From a bacterium (GTDB lineage Bacteria; JADJOY01): a DNA stretch of 20,000 bases. Both the position numbers and the translations under genes were made by a program. How positions within the stretch are numbered: position 1 is the first letter of the stretch; every line of letters begins with the position of its first letter. Below, piece after piece: positions 8,906 to 16,308 of this stretch. The stretch lies in the NCBI GenBank assembly GCA_046331705.1, contig JAXLQJ010000038.1, positions 51,346 through 71,345 on the forward strand, in the 5' to 3' direction. Under the pieces are notes generated by a model, which saw only the letters and a program-made list of their open reading frames with translations, was not told the DNA's origin and ran no database searches.

Positions 8906-9919
8906 GTGGACGTGACGATGACGGATTCCGCCGCGGCGAGCCGTGGCGATTCGGCGATGGTGTCGCTCCTCGAGCCACCGCTGCCGACGCAGATTCAGCT
9001 CGAGCCGACCACCGTGTGCAACCTCGATTGCATCATGTGCCCGATCAATTCGCTGCAGCGGGACAAGAACATGATGACCCTCGAGGAGTTCAAGACCCTC
9101 CTGGGACGCTTCCCCAAGCTCGAGCGCATCACGATGCACGGCATCGGCGAGCCCCTCATGAACCGGGATTTCTACGGCATGATCGAGCACGCCAAGTCGC
9201 GGGGCATCCGCGTCTATTTCAACAACAACATGACCTTCATGACCGAGGACAATGCCCGCAAGCTGCTGAGCCTCGGCGTCGACGAGATCCGCACCAGCCT
9301 CGACACGCCCTACAAGGACGAGTACGCGCGCATCCGCCCCGCACGTAACCAGCGGACCAACTTCTTCGACGAGGTGGTCGAGAACGTCCGCACGCTCGTC
9401 CGGGTGCGCAACGAGACGGGATCCACGACCAAGATCAAGCTGGTCGGCGTGTGCATGGACGAGACCATCCGGCAGATGCCCGATCTCACCCGCCTCGGCG
9501 TCGAGCTGGGCGTCGACGAGATCATGATCCAGAACATGCAGCTCTGGAGCGGCAAGGACGAGTTCCGCGAGGATCGCGAGAGCAAGGTGGTCGCCGACCA
9601 GGTGATGGCCGCGGTGTACGAGGAGTGCAGGGACATCGCCTCCGGCAAGGTGCCGCTCAAGATGTGGCACCCGGGCGTCTCGCACGGCTGCAACTGGGCC
9701 GAGACGTCCTGCTACGTCACCGTGGACGGCTACGTGACGCCCTGCTGCAACTGCCCGGATCCGAAGGTCAAGAACTTCGGCAACCTCAACGAGAAGAGCC
9801 TGGAAGAGATCTGGTGGAGCGACGACTACAAGGAGTTCCGTCGCCAGCTCGCCTCGCCGGAGATCCCGCAGATCTGTGACGGCTGCGTGATCTACGGAGG
9901 GCGATTCAAGGAGTACTGA
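8906..9919 (+). CDS. Radical SAM enzyme with twitch/SPASM auxiliary Fe-S domain
   Basis: CNLDCIMC (CxxxCxxC) and GIGEPLMN. C-terminal C-x17-CC...FGNL...SLEEIW...CDGC. GGAGG RBS 5 nt before GTG 8906; alternative ATG starts at 8918 or 8957. Confidence 0.92.
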   Translation: MDVTMTDSAAASRGDSAMVSLLEPPLPTQIQLEPTTVCNLDCIMCPINSLQRDKNMMTLEEFKTLLGRFPKLERITMHGIGEPLMNRDFYGMIEHAKSRGIRVYFNNNMTFMTEDNARKLLSLGVDEIRTSLDTPYKDEYARIRPARNQRTNFFDEVVENVRTLVRVRNETGSTTKIKLVGVCMDETIRQMPDLTRLGVELGVDEIMIQNMQLWSGKDEFREDRESKVVADQVMAAVYEECRDIASGKVPLKMWHPGVSHGCNWAETSCYVTVDGYVTPCCNCPDPKVKNFGNLNEKSLEEIWWSDDYKEFRRQLASPEIPQICDGCVIYGGRFKEY

Positions 9920-10060
9920 TCCGCCGCATCTCGACCGAACGGCCTTGTCGCTCGACCAACCGCTGTAGTAAGAAAACGCGCTTCCGGCCGGTCCGTGTCG
10001 CGGCCTCACGTCGTCGACGACGCGTCGGCGAGCTCACGAGCCGACAGGAAGGTTCCGACG

Positions 10061-10795
10061 ATGAAGAGCCTCCCGCTCGTCGTACCCGCCGCAGGGCGCG
10101 GCACCCGCGCGCTGCCGTACACCATGGAGCACCCCAAGGCGCTCCTCGAGGTCGACGGCAAGACGCTCCTCGAGCAAGTCCTGGACTTGGGCGCCGAGAT
10201 CGGCGTCGAACACGCGTTCCTGATCGTCGGCTTCCAGGCCGAGGAGATCAAGAAGCGCTTCGGCGATCGCTACCGCACCCTCGAGCTGCGTTACGTCCAT
10301 CAGCCCGAGCTGCTGGGCTTGGTGCACGCGATCAGCCAGCTCGAGCAGCACATCCAAGAAGACTTCATGATGATGCTGTGCGACGAGATCTACTTCGACA
10401 CCCGCCACAAGGACGTCGCGGCGCGCTTTCGCAGCACCAATCCGGACGTGCTGTGCTGCGTGATGCGGGGCTCGGTCGAGGAGATCCAGAAGAACTACAG
10501 CGTCGAGTTCGAGGGTGACCGCGTCACCAAGCTGATCGAGAAGCCGTCGCCCGAGCAGATCACCAACCCGTTCATGGGCACGGGGACCGTCCTCTTCCAC
10601 CCGACGGTCTTCGAGTACATCGCGCGCACGCCGGTGAATCCGAAGCGCAACCAGAAAGAGCTCGCGGACCTGCTCAACGTCATGATCACCGCGGGACGAT
10701 ACGTGAGCCTGTTCGACATCGGCGGCTCCTACGTGAACGTCAACTACGCCGACGATTACGAGCGTCTCACCAAGAAGATCCACGCCACGGGTTGA
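10061..10795 (+). CDS. Sugar-phosphate nucleotidyltransferase (NTP_transferase family)
   Basis: PAAGRGTRALPYT...PKALLEV (GxGTR...PK signature), YVHQ...GLVHA, IEKP, ELAD. Confidence 0.9.
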   Translation: MKSLPLVVPAAGRGTRALPYTMEHPKALLEVDGKTLLEQVLDLGAEIGVEHAFLIVGFQAEEIKKRFGDRYRTLELRYVHQPELLGLVHAISQLEQHIQEDFMMMLCDEIYFDTRHKDVAARFRSTNPDVLCCVMRGSVEEIQKNYSVEFEGDRVTKLIEKPSPEQITNPFMGTGTVLFHPTVFEYIARTPVNPKRNQKELADLLNVMITAGRYVSLFDIGGSYVNVNYADDYERLTKKIHATG

Positions 10796-10797
10796 TT

Positions 10798-10820
10798 CGG
10801 GGGGCCGCTTCATCCCCCCG
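10798..10820. terminator. Short hairpin after the nucleotidyltransferase stop, between convergent genes
   Basis: CGGGGGG-ccgcttcat-CCCCCCG, a 7-bp stem with no U-tract. Confidence 0.3.
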
Positions 10821-10981
10821 CCCGCCGCGGCCCAGCCGCGTCGGGTCCCAGCCGAGGCGACTCGCCGCGCGCGCGGCTCGTCGTTGGCGCCGGGAAGGAT
10901 CGGCGGCGAGCGTGGAGACCGAGTCGGCGATCATCGCCACGACGGCGATTCGCGCTGCTCCGGTCCGCGCCCGAGACGACG

Positions 10982-11662
10982 TCAGCTGGCCCGTTGCGGG
11001 ACGGGCGAGGCGATGCCCAGCACCTCGCGATAGTAGTGGTCGAGCTCGTCGAGCGAGGCGAGGTCGCCCTTGGCCTGGTAGGCGAGGACCCGCCGCACCT
11101 CCTCGAGGATGTGGTGGGCGCGCGCCATTCGAAGCTCACCCTGCGAGCCGTAGACGTCGCGATTCCAGTCCGTGGTCGCCGGCGTGACGGGAGTGGCGCG
11201 CATCGGGTGCCCGAAGAGCCGGAACGACACCAGAAGCCCGAGCATCACCCGGAGCGTCTCGTGCGGATTCATGAGGACGAGCGCCTCGGTCCAGCGCCGC
11301 TCCTTGGCGAGCCGCACGAAGTCGTCTCCTTCGGTGCGGGTATGCGCGCCTTCGCCGGGAACGAGCACGATCGCCTCCGCTGGCACGCCCAGCTCGCGCA
11401 GCGCTCGTGTCCACACGTGGCAGCCGGGGTAGGTGGTGGTCTCGGGCGTCCGGTCCGCGCCGGTGCCGGGTATGGCGATCCGTCCGGCCACGCCGGTGCG
11501 GTGCAACTCGGCGGCGAGCCACAAGAGCCCCTCGTTGCGAGGCGGATCGTGCTCGAAGTTGCCCGGACAGCGACTGAAGACGAACGCCACCGGACACGGT
11601 GTGCGCGGCGCGGGCCAGACGGCGAGATGCCATGGCGCGAGAACTCGATCGATGTCGCTCAA
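10982..11662 (-). CDS. YdcF/ElyC/SanA (DUF218)-like protein
   Basis: LAAELHRTG...LRELGVPAEAIVL...HTRTE...AKERRWTEALVLMNPHETLR follows the DUF218 pattern. TTG start at 11662 is preceded by GGAGG. Confidence 0.6.
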   Translation of the reverse strand: MSDIDRVLAPWHLAVWPAPRTPCPVAFVFSRCPGNFEHDPPRNEGLLWLAAELHRTGVAGRIAIPGTGADRTPETTTYPGCHVWTRALRELGVPAEAIVLVPGEGAHTRTEGDDFVRLAKERRWTEALVLMNPHETLRVMLGLLVSFRLFGHPMRATPVTPATTDWNRDVYGSQGELRMARAHHILEEVRRVLAYQAKGDLASLDELDHYYREVLGIASPVPQRAS

Positions 11663-11713
11663 TGCCGTTCCTCCAGCGCGCGCAACATAGGAACGACGAC
11701 GAGCTTGGGCAAC

Positions 11714-11751
11714 GACGGCGTCTGGACGGCGTCTGGAGGAGTCTGGAGGCG
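11714..11751. repeat. Short tandem direct repeat with 10-11 bp unit
   Basis: GACGGCGTCTG GACGGCGTCTG GAGGAGTCTG GAGGCG in the divergent intergenic region. Confidence 0.6.
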
Positions 11752-11840
11752 CGTGTCGGCGGCGGCGCCGCCCGCTCGCGCGTGCGTCGGCTCGATGGCG
11801 ATCGTGTGACGGCGCGAGCGCGATTTCGTGAGCGCGAGCC

Positions 11841-11869
11841 TTGACACGGGTCGAGGGGTCGGACACCTT
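11841..11869 (+). promoter_or_regulatory. Sigma70-type promoter candidate for the regulator-speD-speE operon
   Basis: Perfect TTGACA (11841-11846), 17-bp spacer, weak -10 CACCTT (11864-11869). TAGTAT at 11889-11894 is an alternative -10. Confidence 0.5.
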
Positions 11870-11884
11870 TCGCGTTTACCGAAG

Positions 11885-11923
11885 GGTTTAGTATATGAAA
11901 CAGCAAGTTTCATTAACTAGACC
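11885..11923. promoter_or_regulatory. AT-rich palindromic operator, probably bound by the adjacent XRE-cupin regulator
   Basis: GGTTTAGTATATGAAAC-agcaa-GTTTCATTAACTAGACC: 17-bp arms with 14/17 inverted match, strongly AT-rich against the GC-rich background. Confidence 0.7.
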
Positions 11924-11947
11924 TGCGGCGGAGGTAGGGGCAGGACC

Positions 11948-12490
11948 GTGTCGCATCCGATCGGCGAGAGGATCAAGACGCTTCGGCTTTCGAGCCAGCT
12001 GACCCAGGAAGAGCTCGCGGCTCGTTCCAACCTGACGAAGGGTTTCATCTCGCAGGTGGAGCGCGATCTCACCTCGATCTCGCTCGAGAACCTGGCGCTC
12101 ATGCTCTCGGCCCTCGACACCAGCCTGGCCGAGTTCTTCGCGGAGGAAGAGGAGAAGCCGGTCGTCTTCCGGAGGTCGGATCGGCGTTCGATGGAGTGGG
12201 GAGGATCGCAGAATCTCGAGGTGCTGGTGCCGGGCGGCACCAACCGGACCATGGATCCGACGGTCGTCCATCTCGCGGCCGGAGAGGCGTTCGGCTGCGA
12301 GCGACCGCACGAGGGCGAAGAGCTCGGATACGTGCTGACCGGAACCGTCCGCTTGCGCGTGAGCAAGAAGAGCTGGCTGCTCAAGGCCGGCGAGTGCTTC
12401 TACTACCGCGCGAACCGGATGCACGGCTTTCAGAACGAGGGCACGAACGAGGCACAGGTGTTGTGGATCGCGTCGCCGCCGCGACTGTGA
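11948..12490 (+). CDS. XRE-family HTH plus cupin transcriptional regulator (PuuR-like)
   Basis: IGERIKTLR...[29 protein letters not shown] forms the [15 protein letters not shown]...GECFYY...HGFQN...VLWIASPP forms the cupin. Confidence 0.92.
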   Translation: MSHPIGERIKTLRLSSQLTQEELAARSNLTKGFISQVERDLTSISLENLALMLSALDTSLAEFFAEEEEKPVVFRRSDRRSMEWGGSQNLEVLVPGGTNRTMDPTVVHLAAGEAFGCERPHEGEELGYVLTGTVRLRVSKKSWLLKAGECFYYRANRMHGFQNEGTNEAQVLWIASPPRL

Positions 12491-12522
12491 CGCGAGCCGA
12501 TTTCCACGGTGGGAAGGTGAAC

Positions 12523-12573
12523 ATGGACCGAGGCATGGTGCCTCGGGGTTGGGACCGAAACACCATTGGGAGG
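12523..12573 (+). promoter_or_regulatory. Candidate structured RNA leader upstream of speD
   Basis: Two mutually exclusive stems: CCGAGGCA/TGCCTCGG and ATGGTG/CACCAT, the latter ending next to the GGGAGG RBS. Function is inferred only. Confidence 0.4.
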
Positions 12574-12582
12574 ATGGACCTG

Positions 12583-12990
12583 ATGAAAGCGCTTGGGCGC
12601 CATCTCTTGGTGGAGTACAGCGGCTGCGATCACGCAACGCTGAAGGAAGTGCCTCGAATCCAGGCACTGATGGAAGAAGCGGCGCGCGTTTCCGGCGCCA
12701 CGATCGTTCAGACCTGCTTCCATCAATTCAATCCGTACGGCGTGAGCGGAGTGGTGGTGATCGCGGAGAGCCATCTCGCGATCCACACCTGGCCCGAGCA
12801 CGGCTACGCGTCGGTGGACATCTACACCTGCGGCGACTCCGTCGATCCGTGGAAGGCGCACGCGTTCCTGCAGCAGGCGCTCGGCGCCAGCGACATCGAG
12901 ACCAACGAGCTCTTCCGCGGCCAGCTCGGCGACGAGCCGGCGTCGGCGAAGTACGGCAAGTCCGCGTTGCCCATCGTCCTGCACGCCTGA
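12583..12990 (+). CDS. speD: S-adenosylmethionine decarboxylase proenzyme (class IB)
   Basis: LGRHLLVE...GATIV...[38 protein letters not shown] with the E-S self-cleavage site. GGGAGG RBS at 12568-12573. Confidence 0.95.
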   Translation: MKALGRHLLVEYSGCDHATLKEVPRIQALMEEAARVSGATIVQTCFHQFNPYGVSGVVVIAESHLAIHTWPEHGYASVDIYTCGDSVDPWKAHAFLQQALGASDIETNELFRGQLGDEPASAKYGKSALPIVLHA

Positions 12991-13031
12991 TCGGGAGCGC
13001 GCGGGCGCGTGCCCCGCGCTCCTCGTTCCCC

Positions 13032-13067
13032 CGGCGGCGCCGAGCCCAGGCCGGCTCGGCGCCGTCG
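13032..13067. other. Strong GC-rich intergenic hairpin between speD and speE
   Basis: CGGCGGCGCCGAGCC-caggcc-GGCTCGGCGCCGTCG: 15-bp stem with one G-U pair and no U-tract. Confidence 0.7.
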
Positions 13068-13117
13068 CTCACTCGCCGAGGCGCTCGCGCGGACGGCGCG
13101 CGAGAGGGAGGCCGCTC

Positions 13118-13954
13118 ATGGAGCTGTGGTTCACCGAGGCGCACCCGTCGCACCGCGGGCTCACGTTCCGCGTGCGCCGTGTTCTGGAATCGCGGAAGAG
13201 CCGTTACCAGCAGATCGACATCCTGGAGACCGAGGATGGCGCCCGGCTCTTCGTCCTCGATGGCATGGTGATGCTCACCACGCGCGACGAGTTCGTCTAT
13301 CACGAGATGCTCGCGCACGTGGCGCTCTTCGCCCACCCCGCGCCGCGCCGCGTGCTCATCATCGGCGGCGGCGATGGTGGCACCGCCCGCGAGGCGATCA
13401 AGCACCCTACCGTCGAGCACGTCGACTTGGTCGACATCGACGAGGACGTCTTCGAGCTCTCGCGCCGGCACCTGCCGGAGACCGCGGTCTCGTTCGACGA
13501 CCCGCGGGTCCACCTGCGCGCCGAGGACGGCGCCGCGTTCGTGCGCGAGGCGAAGACTCCCTACGACGTGGTGCTGGTCGACTCGACCGAGCCGATCGGC
13601 CCCGGCGCGGTGCTCTTCGGCGCCGAGTTCCACGCCGACATCCACCGCGCCCTCGGGCCCGACGGCATCATGGCGTGCCAGAGCGACACACCGTTCTTCG
13701 ACGGCGAGACCATCCGCACCCTGCACCGCGCCGTGCGCCCGATCTACCGCTCGCTACACCTCTACCTGGCGTCGGTGCCCGTGTACCCGAGCGGGCTGTG
13801 GAGCTTCACGCTCGGAACCAAGGGCGGCGCCGCCGGCGTGCGGCCCCGCGCACTCAGGACGCCACCCGCCGACTGGAAGCTGCGCTACTACAGCGCCGAG
13901 GTTCACGACGCGTGCTTCGCGCTGCCGCCGTTCGTCGCCGAGCTGGTCAGCTAG
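13118..13954 (+). CDS. speE: Polyamine aminopropyltransferase (spermidine synthase)
   Basis: MELWFTE, SRYQQI, LDGMVMLTTRDEFVYHEMLAH, VLIIGGGDGG, VDID, DSTEPIGP, YPSGLWSF, F-LPPF. GGGAGG RBS. Confidence 0.95.
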   Translation: MELWFTEAHPSHRGLTFRVRRVLESRKSRYQQIDILETEDGARLFVLDGMVMLTTRDEFVYHEMLAHVALFAHPAPRRVLIIGGGDGGTAREAIKHPTVEHVDLVDIDEDVFELSRRHLPETAVSFDDPRVHLRAEDGAAFVREAKTPYDVVLVDSTEPIGPGAVLFGAEFHADIHRALGPDGIMACQSDTPFFDGETIRTLHRAVRPIYRSLHLYLASVPVYPSGLWSFTLGTKGGAAGVRPRALRTPPADWKLRYYSAEVHDACFALPPFVAELVS

Positions 13955-14735
13955 CGCGGCGCGCGACCACGGTGACCGTCCAGTCGAGTGGGCTCGGGCT
14001 GTCGACGAGCTTGCCGAACGGCCGGATCGCGACGAGCTCGAGCCCCGCATCGGCGAGCGCCAGGCCGAGCTCGCGCGGGAAGAAGTAGCGCATGGGATGG
14101 GTCTCGACGATGCGGTCGAGGAGGCGACGTCCGCGCCAGCGCTCCGTGGTGAAGCGGATGTCGACCGCCTGTCGGAGCAGATCGTTGCGACAGGCCGCTC
14201 GCCGGACGATCCGCTCATCGCCTCGCCGGATCTCCTTGGTGTTCGCGTGCGGCGGATCGCGAAGCACCGCGGGCCCGAACCACACGTCGAAGACGAGGGG
14301 CGCGCCGCGCTGCAGGTGGGCCGCCGCGGTCTCGAGGGCGGCCCGGAGGTCGTGATCGGCGACCTGATAGCCGAGGACGGCGAACATCGCGATCGCGGCG
14401 TCGAACCGTTTCCCGAGGCGGATCGTGCGCACGTCGCCACGGTGGGTGTCCGGCTCGACGCCGTGGCAGCGGAACTTCGTGGCGTAGGCGGAGAGCATCC
14501 CGGGCGAGCGATCCACGCCCGTGACGCGGAAGCCGCGCCGGGCGAGGAGGATGTCGTGATTGCCGGTGCCGCAGCCCAGGCTCAGCACCGTCCGCACGGG
14601 TGTGCGCGCGTGGCGGCGGAAGAGCCGCTCCAGGTAGCGGCTCTCCGCCGGGTAGTCCTTGTCGGCGTAGATCGCATCGTAGATGGCCGCGTAACGCGGA
14701 CCGAACACCCGTGCCTGGCGGCCTCGCTCAGCCAC
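13947..14735 (-). CDS. Class I SAM-dependent methyltransferase (TylM1/DesVI-like NDP-aminosugar N-methyltransferase)
   Basis: YAAIYDAIYADKDYPAE, VLSLGCGTG, GVDRSPGML, FAVLGY, FDVWFGP, ETHPMRYFFPRE. GTG 14735 overlaps the DegT stop. Confidence 0.85.
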   Translation of the reverse strand: MAERGRQARVFGPRYAAIYDAIYADKDYPAESRYLERLFRRHARTPVRTVLSLGCGTGNHDILLARRGFRVTGVDRSPGMLSAYATKFRCHGVEPDTHRGDVRTIRLGKRFDAAIAMFAVLGYQVADHDLRAALETAAAHLQRGAPLVFDVWFGPAVLRDPPHANTKEIRRGDERIVRRAACRNDLLRQAVDIRFTTERWRGRRLLDRIVETHPMRYFFPRELGLALADAGLELVAIRPFGKLVDSPSPLDWTVTVVARRAS

Positions 14736-15870
14736 GGCGCGCGGCATCCCGGATCGCAGCACCCACGTAGGCGATGTCGTCCTCGGCGAGGCCCGGGCCG
14801 GAAGGCAAGTAGAGGCCTTCGGCAGCGAGCCGCGTGCTGACTGGAAACGCGCGCTCGGCGCGTCCGCCGCAGGCGCGCAGGTACGGCGGCTGCTCGTGGA
14901 TGGGTTGGAAGAACGGGCGCGTCTCGACCCCCCGATCGGCGAGGGCGCGCGCCAGCTCGTCGCGCGAGCGTCCGAACGTCTGCGCATCGATCGTCACGCC
15001 GAACATCCAGTAGACGTTCTTGGCACCCGCGCGTTCCACGGGGAGCGACAGACCGGGGATGTGACGAAGCGCCGCCGCGTACGCCCTGGCGTTTCGTCGG
15101 CGCGCCTCCACGAGCGCCTCCGCGCGCTCCATCTGCGCGAGGCCGAGCGCGGCCTGGAGGTTGGTGAGGCGGTAGTTGAAGCCGACGTCCTGGTGGAAGT
15201 AGTCGCGTGGCCTGTCGAGCGGGAAGCACAGGTTCCGGAAGTAGCGGCAGCGCTCGGCGAGGCGGGAGTCCGTGGTGACCACCATGCCGCCTTCGCCGGT
15301 CGTCACGATCTTGTTGGCGTAGAAGCTGAAGGTCGCGATCGCCCCCAGGCTTCCTGCTCGCCGGCCGTGCCACTCGGCTCCATGCGCTTCCGCGGCGTCC
15401 TCGACCACGGCGGCGCCGGCGCCAGCGGCGATCGCACCGATCGCGTCCATGTCGCAGGGGTGCCCGTAGGTGTGCACCGCGATGATCGCCTTGGTACGCG
15501 GGCTCACGGCGTGGGCGAGCGCGTTCGGATCCAGATTCCAGGTGTCCGGCTCGACGTCGACGAGCACGGGCGTTGCACCGCGATAGAGCACCGCGAAGAG
15601 CACGGCCACCATCGCGAAATCCGGCAGCACGACCTCGTCGCCGGGGCCGACGTCCAGCGCGGTCAGCGCGAGATGGAGCGCCGCCGTACCGTTCGAGACG
15701 CTCACGCCGTGGGTGGTTCCGCACCACGCGGCGAAGCGCCGCTCGAACTCACCGACCGCCGGGCCCACCGAGGAGATCCAGCCTCCGCGCACGGCCTCGG
15801 CGACGTAGCGCTCCTCGTTGCCGTCGAGAAGCGGCGTGCAGACGGGAATGGAGCGAGTGGACGCGCTCAT
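14728..15870 (-). CDS. DegT/DnrJ/EryC1/StrS PLP aminotransferase (perosamine synthetase-like)
   Basis: GWISSVG, SNGTAALHLAL, GPGDEV, VEDAAEAHGA, SFYANKIVTTGEGGM (PLP lysine), GFNYRLTNLQAALG, GVETRPFF. Confidence 0.95.
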   Translation of the reverse strand: MSASTRSIPVCTPLLDGNEERYVAEAVRGGWISSVGPAVGEFERRFAAWCGTTHGVSVSNGTAALHLALTALDVGPGDEVVLPDFAMVAVLFAVLYRGATPVLVDVEPDTWNLDPNALAHAVSPRTKAIIAVHTYGHPCDMDAIGAIAAGAGAAVVEDAAEAHGAEWHGRRAGSLGAIATFSFYANKIVTTGEGGMVVTTDSRLAERCRYFRNLCFPLDRPRDYFHQDVGFNYRLTNLQAALGLAQMERAEALVEARRRNARAYAAALRHIPGLSLPVERAGAKNVYWMFGVTIDAQTFGRSRDELARALADRGVETRPFFQPIHEQPPYLRACGGRAERAFPVSTRLAAEGLYLPSGPGLAEDDIAYVGAAIRDAARRG

Positions 15871-16271
15871 GCAGGCTCGAACCGTTCCTTGTCCTCGACT
15901 CCCGCGTACGGGCCCTGCTTCACCTCCACGATCTCGGAGTCCTCGAGCATCGTGAAGCCGTGGCCGCCCGACGCGAGCAAGATCACGTCGCCGCCGACCA
16001 GCTCGACGTGACCGATGCCCGAGCGGTCCGGCGCGTAGAGATCCACGCGGACGCGGCCCGAGCGGACGAACAGCACCTCGAGGGTGTGCGTCACCTCGCG
16101 CGGCACGTCCTTGTGGACGTGCGGCGGGATGCGATGGCCCGCCGGTCGCGCCATGCACGCGAGCTGCTGCGAGAAGTCGTTGGGCGTGTAGAACTCGATC
16201 CCGTCCGGCTGGTGATCGCGCGGCAGCACGATCGCGATCAGCGCTCCCTCGTGCTCGATGCGACGGATCAT
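15867..16271 (-). CDS. Cupin-fold protein of sugar-nucleotide clusters
   Basis: IPPHVH...TLEVLFVRSGRVRVD...GDVILLASGGHGF...EVKQGPY, a cupin H-x-H/E/H metal motif. ATGA overlap with DegT. Confidence 0.8.
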   Translation of the reverse strand: MIRRIEHEGALIAIVLPRDHQPDGIEFYTPNDFSQQLACMARPAGHRIPPHVHKDVPREVTHTLEVLFVRSGRVRVDLYAPDRSGIGHVELVGGDVILLASGGHGFTMLEDSEIVEVKQGPYAGVEDKERFEPA

Positions 16272-16308
16272 GGTGGGATCGGGCCTCGGATCACGGAGCC
16301 GCGCGGGC

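Noticed and set aside
9945-9976. Possible internal promoter TTGTCG...TAGTAAGAAAA before the nucleotidyltransferase
   Set aside because: Locally AT-rich, but the spacing (15 or 18 bp) and -10 match are too poor to call.
12196-12522. Long N-terminal extension of SpeD in the ORF track
   Set aside because: It overlaps the cupin domain of the regulator in another frame, and SpeD homology starts at MKALGRH.
13578-13604. SpeE DSTEP instead of DSTDP as a sign of altered amine specificity
   Set aside because: To my knowledge DSTEP occurs in ordinary bacterial spermidine synthases, so it is not diagnostic.
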